Source: the human T2T-CHM13v2.0 reference genome, Homo sapiens. Taken from it: a DNA stretch of 64,000 nt. A program made the translations under genes and the position numbers. The notes below the pieces were generated by a model, which did no database searches, was not told the DNA's origin, and saw only the letters and a list, made by a program, of their open reading frames with translations. Of this stretch, positions 52,772 to 64,000 are shown one piece after another. Position 1 is the first letter of the stretch. Every line of letters starts with the position of its first letter. Where the stretch lies: the NCBI RefSeq assembly GCF_009914755.1, contig NC_060943.1; one strand, 5' to 3'.

Positions 52772-53099
52772 TAGTAGATTGAGACATAAGGTGGGAGAAA
52801 GGCTTGGCCTGTGCAGCCAACAGCCTCATCCAAAACTCCTGATTCCTGGAGGACATCAGCCCCTCCCTTCTGCTGCAGTGTGGCCTGGGCTCCCTTCCTG
52901 CTCTCAAATCAGGGGATAGCTCCACTGGACAGTGAGTCTGGAATTTCCTGCACAGACTTGTGGGTCCCTGTCCAAGAGGAAAAAGGAGGAAGGTCAGGAC
53001 ATACTGCCTAAATGCAAATGTCCCCTGGGAGGGGGTCAGGTCACAGCGCAGGGAGGAAGCTAGTCCTCTCAAGGCCTGTCTGGAATCTGTTTATCAGGT

Positions 53100-54170
53100 T
53101 CCACTCCGCTGCCCGAGATCGCTTCTTCCGTTACTCAGTGCCCGGGGGAGGGACCTGGCGCACTATCCAATCAGGGCCGCGGGGCGGGGTCGTGAGAACT
53201 GTCAATCAGGCGCACTGACCGGAGGAGGGTGCAAGGTTCAAAGAGCCCGCCGAGTCTTCTCCACGCCCCTGCACTGGGCTCCGGGTTCTGTCACTGAGAG
53301 ACGCCCTGGAACGTCTGTGGCAGCTTCTGTCTCGCTGGGACCCGCACTGACAGCGGGAGGCAGAGGGAGGAACCTGGACGCCGGAAGCCGGGAAATGGTG
53401 AGTGTGTGAGGTCTGGTGTCCCGACGCGTGAGAGGAGAGACTGGTTGGAACCGGCCGGAACCGGCTGTGGTGGCACCAGGTCTTCCCCGCCGGCGACACC
53501 CTGGCGCAGCTCGGCCCTCGGTTCCCTCGGCCGCACGATGGGGCTGGGGCGGCAGCCGGGACCCCGGGCGTCCTGTCCCGTCCCTGCGCGGCCACTGCGG
53601 CCCTGGCCCTGGAGGCCTGTCTGGGCAGCTCCGCGCCCGCAGTCCTGCGTCTCCCCAGATTGTGCGGCTGTAACCGGCACAGGTTCGCGGCCCGAGTCAC
53701 TGCACCGAGACGCCGAGGGCTGCAGCAGAAACAGTTTAATAGGGGGAGAGGGGAGGACACCCCAGATCCGCCTTCCTGAGAGGTTTGGGGATGGGGTGTT
53801 TAGGGGTGTGGACAGGGGCGGCTGGGGCGTGGGGTCGCTGGATGGTGGGGAAGTGAGGGGTGACTCTTGGGACTGGAGGTGAAGAAACCGCATTCTTCTG
53901 CTGAGTGGGTTCCCTTGTGGGGTCTTCAGCCTGGTTGGCGCCAGCCTTTCCGCTGGAATTCAGGATCTGAGAAAGAACTCAGGCGACTCTTGAGCAACTC
54001 TCAGAGATCTCATCCCCAAGCACAATGGCGAAGCCGGCGGTCAGCATCTGCTGTGGCCTGACTCTTGGGGAGGCGGCCCCGCGAGGCAGCGGGGCTGAGG
54101 GCACCTGGTTAATATCTAACTGCAATCTCGCCTCCAGCCTGGCTCGCAGTTCTGTGAACCCGGTGAGGAG
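53100..54170 (+). promoter_or_regulatory. ZNF441 CpG island and promoter: CCAAT 53167-53171, GC box 53181-53189, CTGTCAATCA 53199-53208, ETS-like CCGGAAG 53381-53387
   Basis: Inverted paralogue of the ZNF823 promoter; motifs read directly. Confidence 0.8.
53395..53397 (+). CDS. ZNF441: ZNF441 exon 1 coding part (start codon only; 5' UTR from roughly 53240)
   Basis: GGGAAATG|GTGAGT, homologous to ZNF823 exon 1. Confidence 0.85.
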
Positions 54171-55826
54171 GCTGCACGGTGATGACAGGTCACCAGGCAG
54201 ACTCGTGTGTGGGGTTTGTGTGTGGGAGGAGTTGTGGTCTGTGTGGTCCCCTGTCCCTTCTTTCTTCCCAAGGGTGACCCGTTCGCCTTCGAGTCTTCCA
54301 AAGATGTGGGCAGCAGGGTCTCAAGTCCACCACTGTGTTCTCTCATCCTAACTCCTCCTAGGGCCGACAGAAAATCCCTTGGCTTCCAGAGCCTTCCTCA
54401 GGCTTTCTCTCCTCAATTCACAGCAACTTTATGAACTCCTTGTCCCCCAGTTTATTTTTCAAACAGAGGCTAGTATTTTAATTGTCATTTTGTTTATACA
54501 TAGCAATATATGGCTCTTTGTAAAAGGTTTTGTGTTTGTGAACATTTCACATGAGAGGAAGCAGAGAAAAACCACCAGACATTTCGCTGTAAAAAAAATG
54601 AATATTAATAAATAAAATCTTTGTTACTGTCCTCCCTTCATCATCCCTAGACAGAGACACCTTTTGAGAATGTCTTTGGATTAAGTTTCCTCTTTGGAAA
54701 CGTTACAGAGTGATGAGTCCCCAGCCCATCCTCTATGGTTTCCTGGTCCTGGGTTTCAGAGCTGCCTGGGGCCACCCCAAGATGCCCACAGCTGCCAAGT
54801 CTCTTGTAGTGTCAAGTGAATATCAGTCCCTTTGTCACTCCTCCCAGAGGACACCCTGAGGTGGAGATGGTGGGACCTTGTAGGGAAGCAGCATGATGCC
54901 CTGTAGTGGGAGGAGTCTCCTGGTATACCCTTCCTCAATAAGCTACTTCCTTAGAACACTCAGCTTTTCTTCCCCCATCCCTTCCTTGGGGATATATGGC
55001 TGGTCAGCCAATTGGATGGTGGTATTAAGGGGACAGGACTGAAATGATTCTTCCCTTCTGATGTTCTCAGACTAATGAAGGGAGAAAACTATCCCTAAGG
55101 ACAGGAAAACCAACTCCACTGAGGTGGTGCAAGAACCTGAAAAGCTAACAATGTAGTGTCTCCTGGGATCATGGTTATTGAGCACTTCGGTGAGCAGCAT
55201 GGTGATGGGGGATGTTCCAGGTGATAGGAGGACCTGACTTGACACACTCTGCACCCATAGGGAGGTGGTGAAAGGAGATGATGGTATAAGGGATGCATAT
55301 GGATCAACCAAATTGAAGAACTGGGAGAAGATAGAGAACTAGAAACTGTGTCAAGGGTCATAAAACCCCTTTTTTGGTATGGAAAAACGAAACCACACTC
55401 AAAATGGAAGCTGAGGTAACAAACTGAGTAAAAATTAATGAAAACTGGAAAGTCTATAGTTAGTTGATCATTGTATATGGAGATGCTGGGCAGAAGATGG
55501 ATTATTCTCCTGTAGGTAACCATTTGTCTCCATCATTTCTGTTGAAGTGTCCCTCATTTGTATCACTGCCTGGCAATACCTGCTGTGTCATAGGTTCTTG
55601 TACCTTAAGTAGATGCTCTTGTTCCAGAATTTGCCATTTTTCATTGGTTTATGTATCCATCAGTCTGCTAATATCATACTCTCCTGATTACTATAGTCTT
55701 CAAAGCCTTGATGTGTGGTAGAGAAAGACCCTTCCTAACTTAGTCCTTTGGGTTGCTATAACAAATTTACCATAGACTGCATGCCTTACACAACAGATAT
55801 TCATTTCTCAAAGCTATAAAGGCTGA

Positions 55827-56039
<213 letters not shown>

Positions 56040-56275
56040 TAATTTTTTGTATTTTTAGTAGAGACGGTGTTTCACCATGTTAGCCAAGATGGTCTCGATC
56101 TCCTGACCTCATGATCTGCCCACCTCGGCCTCCCAAAGTGCTGGGATTACAGGTGTGAGCCACCGTGCCCAGCCTGGGCCTCTTTCTTGATTTGCAGATG
56201 GCATTCTTCCTGTTATGCCCTCACATGGTGGAGATATGTCTGTAATGTCTGTCTAGTTTTGGTGTTAAGGCAGTT

Positions 56276-56622
56276 GTATTAGTCCATTTTCACACTGCTA
56301 TAAAGAACTACCAGAAAAGAGGTTTAATTGACTCACAGTTCCTCATGGCTGGGGAGGCCTCAGGAAACTTACAATTGTGGCGGAAGGGGAAGCAGGCACT
56401 TCTTACATGGTGGCAGGCAAGACAGCATGTGAAAGAGGAACTGTCAAACACTTATAAAACCGTCAGATTTCATGAGAACCCACTATCACAAGAACAGCGT
56501 GGGGGAAACCGCCCCCATGATCCAGTCACCTCCCACAGGTCCTTCCCTTGATACATGGGGATTATGGGGATTACAGTTGAAGATTAGATTTGGGTGGTGA
56601 CAAAGAGCCAAACCATATTATC
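56276..56622 (-). mobile_element. THE1/MSTA-type solo LTR
   Basis: tgtattagtccattttcacactgctataaag ... gagccaaaccatattatca. Confidence 0.75.
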
Positions 56623-57602
56623 AGTGTTGGCCTTACAACATGAATTAGAAAGTGTTCCCTCTGCTTGTATTTTCTGAAAGAGATTATAGAGAATTGGTGT
56701 CATTTCTTCCATAAGTGTTTTCCAGAATTCAACAGTGAAACCATGCTGGCCTGTTCCTTTTTCTTGGGACTTTTTGTTTGTTTGTTTGCTTGAAGTGGAG
56801 TTTTGCTTTGTTGTCCAGGCTAAAGTGCAGTATCATGATCTCACTGCAACTTCTGCTCCCTGGGATCAAGTGATCCTCCCACCTCAGCCTCCTGAGTGGC
56901 TGGAACTCCCACTACAGCCTCCTGAGTGGCTGGATGTGCCACCCCATCCTGCTAATTTTTTGTGTTTTCTGTAGAGATGGGGTTTCACCATGTTGCCGAG
57001 GCTGGTCTTGAACTCCTGGGCTCAAGCAGTCTGCTGATCTTGGCCTCCCAAAGTGCTGGGATTACATGTGTGAGCCACCACGCCTAGCCTACCACTGCAC
57101 TATAGCCTGGGTGACAGAACAAAACTCTGTTTCAAAAAAAAAAAAAAAAATTGAATGCAATCTCTAGAAAGCAAAGATATATAACCAATGCTTAAAAACC
57201 TTCCACTTTAGGAAACTAAAGAAAGAATAGCAGGATACATGTAAATCGAGCAGAGGAAAATAACAATGAGAGAAGGTATTAATGAAATAGTAAGCAAGAA
57301 ATCAGTAGAAAACATTAACAAACCAAAAGCTGGTTCCTTCAAAAGATCAATAAAATGAATAAGCCCATAGGCAAGCTAACTCAGAAGAAAGGGGGGTTAT
57401 GATTACTCATCTTGTGTACATTAAAGGACCTCAAAGGAGTATTAGGAACAACTGCATGCCCACATAGTTGATAAATTACATGGAATGGACCAATTCCTTG
57501 AATGACACAAGCTACCAAAACTCACAAAAGGAGAACTAATTAATATGAAAAGGCTTATAACTATTGAAGAAATTCAATCAATAAATAATAAAAGTCCCAG
57601 GC

Positions 57603-58599
57603 TGTGGGCAGCAAGCCACCCAGGCGCCGAGGCAAGAGACCGAGGACACGAGCTGTTCCAGTATAATAAAATATAAAACAAGAATAGTTATACCAGATAT
57701 AGATCTTAGATATGATTATATATGAATATCATTAATCATTAGTTGGCAGTAATTACTCTTTATTCCAATATTATAATAATCCTCACTCTATAATCATAAC
57801 CTACGAAAAACCAGGCCATACAGAGATAGGAGCTGAGGGGACATAGTGAGGTGTGACCAGAAGACAAGTGTGAGCCTTCTGTTATGCCTGGACAGGGCCA
57901 CCAGGGGGCTCCTTGGTCTAGCAGTGACGCCAGCGTCTGGGAAGACGCCCGTTGCCAGGCGGTCCGTGGTCTAGCGGTAGCAAAAAGTGTCAAGGAACAC
58001 CCACTACTTAGCAGACCGGGAAAGGGAGTCTCCTTTTCCCCGGGGGAGTTTAGAGAAGACTGCTCCTCCACCTCTTGTGGAGGGCCTGACATCAGTCAGG
58101 TTTGTCCGCAGTTACCTGGAGGCGTAACCATCTCCCTGTCATGCTGTGCTTCAGTGGTCACACTCCTAGTCTGCCTTCATGTTCCATCCTGTACACCTGG
58201 CTCTGCCTTCTAGATAGCGGTAGTAAATTAGTGAAAGTACTAAAAGTCTCTGATATGCAGAAATAATGGCGTAAGCTGTCTTTCTCTCTGTCTCCTCTCC
58301 CTCTCTGCCTTGGCTGCCAGGCAGGGAAGGGCCCCCGTCCAGTGGACATGTGACCCACGTGACCTTACCTATCATTGGAGATGACTCACACTCTACCCTG
58401 CCCCTTTTGCTTTTGTATCCAATAAATAACAGTGCAACCAGACATTTGGGGCCACTACTGGTCTCCGCACATTGGTGGTAGTGGTCCCCGGGCCCAGCTG
58501 TCATTTCTTTTATCTCTTTGTCTTGTGTCTTTATTTCTACGCTCTCTCGTCACCGCACATGGGGAGAAACTCACCGACCCTGTGGGGCTGGTCCCTACA
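57603..58599 (+). mobile_element. Solo ERVK-class LTR (LTR13-like, 997 bp) in ZNF441 intron 1, sense to the gene
   Basis: TG...CA termini, 6-bp TSD CCAGGC (57597-57602, 58600-58605), AATAAA at 58421-58426; family from recalled consensus TGTGGGCGGCAAGCCACCCAGG. Confidence 0.85.
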
Positions 58600-59214
58600 C
58601 CAGGCCAGGCTGGGTGCACTGGTAGGCTAGGCATGGTGGCTCACATGTGTAATCCCAGCACTTTTAGCTGCTAGCATTCAGGAAATCTATCAGAATACTG
58701 GATGAACACAAGCTAAGGGAACAGAGACTTCAGTGACTACACTGGACAGAGAATACAGTCTCTGCAAACATACTCTGAAAATGTTACTAAACAAATGAAT
58801 AATTAAAACCTTCCACAATCCCAGCACTTTGGGAGACCAAGATTGGCAGACTGCTTGAACCCAGGAGTTCAAGACCAGCCTGGGCAACATGGTGAAACCC
58901 CATCTCTACAGAAAACACAAAAAATTAGCAGGATGGGGTGGCACATCCAGCCACTCAGGAGGCTGTAGTGGGAGTTCCAGCCACTCAGGAAGCTGAGGTG
59001 GGAGGATCACTTGATCCCAGGAAGCAGAAGTTGCAGTGAGATAATAACACTGCACTTCAGCCTGGACAACAAAGCAAAACTCCTCCTGGGTTCACACCAT
59101 TCTCCTGCCTAGCTCCCGAGTAGCTGGAACTACAGGCGCCTGCCACCACGCCCGACTAATTTTTTGTATTTTTAGTAGAGACAGGGTTTCACCTTGTTAA
59201 CGAGGATAGTCTCA

Positions 59215-61100
<1,886 letters not shown>

Positions 61101-62996
61101 CTGTTTGCCCTTCTGGTTTGTGGAAGGTTTTAATTATTCATTTGTTTAGTAACATTTTCAGAGCATGTCTGCAGAGACTGTGTTCTCTGTCCAGTGTAGT
61201 CACTGAAGTCTCTGTTCCCTTAGCTTGTGTTCATCCAGTATTCTGATAGATTTCCTGAATGCTAGCAGCTAAAAGTAAAAAAGACATGCCAAACAAAAAG
61301 CTGACCTCTTCCAGTCTTTGTGGATGGGTCTGTGATGTAGTATTTGGTGAACACTTAGCCAGACTGCTTAAAACTCTGCTTTAGCCTTACCTTTCTGTTT
61401 TACCAAACTGAGAGATGATGCAGAGCTGAAAATGAGGGCCTCCCCAGGTCTTTTGTGAAAATGTGTTTTTTCCAGTGCATGCATTTCCAGTACATGCATT
61501 CTCAATTCCCCAAAACACTGGAGTGCTTTTGAATGCCCCCTTTTTTTTGAGATGGAGTCTCGCGCTGTCGCCCAGGCTGGGGTGCAGTGGGGCAATCTCA
61601 GCTCACTGCAAGCTCCGCCTCCTGAGTTAATGCCATTCTCCTGCCTCAGCCTCCCGAGTACCTGGGACTACAGGTGCCCACCACCACGCCCGGCTAATTT
61701 TTTGTATTTTTAGTAGAGACGGGGTTTCACCGTGTTAGCTAGGATGGTCTCGATCTCCTGACCTCGTGATCCGCCCACGTCGGCCTCCCAAAGTGCTGGG
61801 ATTACAGGCATGAGCCACCGCGCCCAGCCTTTTTTTTTTTTTTTTTGTGACGGAATCTTGCTTTATCGCCCAGGCTGGAGTGCAGTGGCTCAATCTCGGC
61901 TCACTGCAACCTCCGATTCGCAGGTTCAAGCGATTCTTGTCCCTAAGCCTCTCGAGTAGCTGGAACTACAGGTGCCCGCCACCACACCTGACTAATTTTT
62001 GTATTCTTAGTAGAGACGGGGTTTCGACATGTTGACCAGGCTGGTCTCAAACTCCAGACCTCAGGTGATCCACCTGCCTCAGCCTCCCAAAGTGCTGGGA
62101 TTACAAACGTGAGCCACCACGCTCAGCCTGAATGCCCTAATTTCTGAGGGAAATTGTTCTCTCCTTTTTTATTCCCAGGACTTAGATGTTCTACCATATG
62201 TCTTAATCATAATTTGTTGTCCCAGTTGTTTGAAGGTTTTTTATGTATTTTGCAACAATTTGAAGCAGTTCCTGCCAAGCTTGACCTAATTAGGCTCCAT
62301 CATTGATTAAATAAAAAAGAGAACTTTCTTTCAGACCTTTGGATAGTCCACAGATGGATTGAAAAATACAAAGGTGCAATAACTTACAAATAAGATCTGA
62401 TCTGCTCTCTCTAGGGATCCACATTGGAAATTTGGTCTGCTGTTTTCAAGACTGGTGCTGATGTGAGGAGGGATTGGGACAAGGACAAATAAAAACTCCA
62501 CAAAACTTTCCTACTATTTGTCACCTTCCTTATTCTATTTGTTTATCTCTGTGTTAATAGTACAGGGTACTGAATATAATATATTCACCATACTTTATCT
62601 GTTTTTGGAAAGCTGTTGCTTTCTTGGTTAGAAGGATTTTAGCATTTTTAGATGTTTGTGACTTCTATTAGATTTGGTCATGTAATTTTTAATGATGACA
62701 AAAAGGTCTGTTTAGGGATTTAGGGAAATATTATAGATATTCATGAGAGATGACATTGAGTTTTTTTCTAAGAACATATGCAATCTTGGCCCTTCTTTTC
62801 TTCTTTGACATTACTTAATAAAGTTTAATTTTTCCATTGGGATGGTAAAATATCCTTATTAGTCTTTTGTCATACTTAACTACATATGTTCTACAGTAAA
62901 CCAGTTGCTAGCTTCCAAATGTTCTCTCTTAGTGTAGTCACATAGCACAGGCTAAATCCCCCAAGGCACAAGGGTCACTCATTACAGACACAGTGA

Positions 62997-63137
<141 letters not shown>

Positions 63138-63745
63138 TAGCTGGGATTACAAGCATGAACCACCATACCGGGCTAATTTTTTGTATTTTTAGTAGAGACA
63201 GTGTTTCTCCCTGTTGGTCAGGCTGGTCTCGAACTCCTGACCTCAGGTGATCTGCCTGCCGCGGCCTTCCAAAGTGCTGGGATTACAGGTGTGTGCCACT
63301 GTGCCTGGCCTCAGAGTGTTTTTTTCATGGCTTAGTCTGTTTTTTGTTGCTTATAACAGAATACTTTAACCTGGGTAATTTATAAGAAATGATATTTATT
63401 TTTTACACTTCTGGAGGGTGGGAAGCCCAGCATCAAGGCTGGGCATCTGGTGAGAGCCTTCTTGCTGGTAACTCTCTTTTGCACAATAGGTAGTAGGACT
63501 TTGTCATGACAAGAACTGCAGACCCACTGTAGAAATAGAAATGAGGAGTGATTCAGGCAATAAGACTCACTTTCTTAACTTACCAACAAGAGGCGTGTTC
63601 CTATTCAACTGTTACTTTACAAAACATGTTCATTTCTAGGATCAGAATTGTGTGGGATAAAATGAGTGTAAAGAGAGAATAAGAGTGGGTTTACCATGTT
63701 CTTGAATAAATGCTTGGAAACCACAGCATCATGTGAAGGTTATGA

Positions 63746-64000
<255 letters not shown>

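Overview
This is human (primate) genomic DNA from a KRAB C2H2 zinc-finger gene cluster, which I recognise from the proteins as 19p13.2 ZNF823/ZNF441. There are three paralogous units. (1) A complete minus-strand gene, ZNF823: ATG-only coding exon 1 at 25023-25025, KRAB-A exon 11368-11494, 61-bp exon 10361-10421, zinc-finger exon 7868-9509; 1833 nt = 610 aa, 16 fingers. (2) An unprocessed minus-strand KRAB-ZNF pseudogene (~42759-46144) with frameshifts, stops, an Alu in its finger exon and no exon 1 of its own. (3) The 5' part of plus-strand ZNF441 (ATG 53395-53397, KRAB-A exon 63812-63938; the rest lies beyond the window), whose promoter and intron 1 are an inverted paralogue of ZNF823's. The rest is transposon-rich: dozens of Alus, a ~6-kb L1MA-type element, MaLR/THE1/MST/MER21 LTRs, a solo LTR13-like element, an ERV pol remnant and Tigger DNA transposons. 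Almost all short ORFs in the track are Alu, L1 or antisense artefacts. I found no new protein-coding system. The most unusual signals are structural: (a) a multi-switch inversion/duplication with a templated insertion in ZNF441 intron 1; (b) five clustered G/A differences, each breaking a different GGGG run, between the ZNF823 and ZNF441 first introns; (c) a long Tigger transposase remnant ending in a MER2-type terminus that supplies the 3' end of these ZNF genes; (d) a THE1 fold-back exactly at the junction between the pseudogene block and the ZNF441 block. Repeat family names come from recalled consensus sequences, and repeat boundaries are approximate unless a TSD or terminus is quoted.
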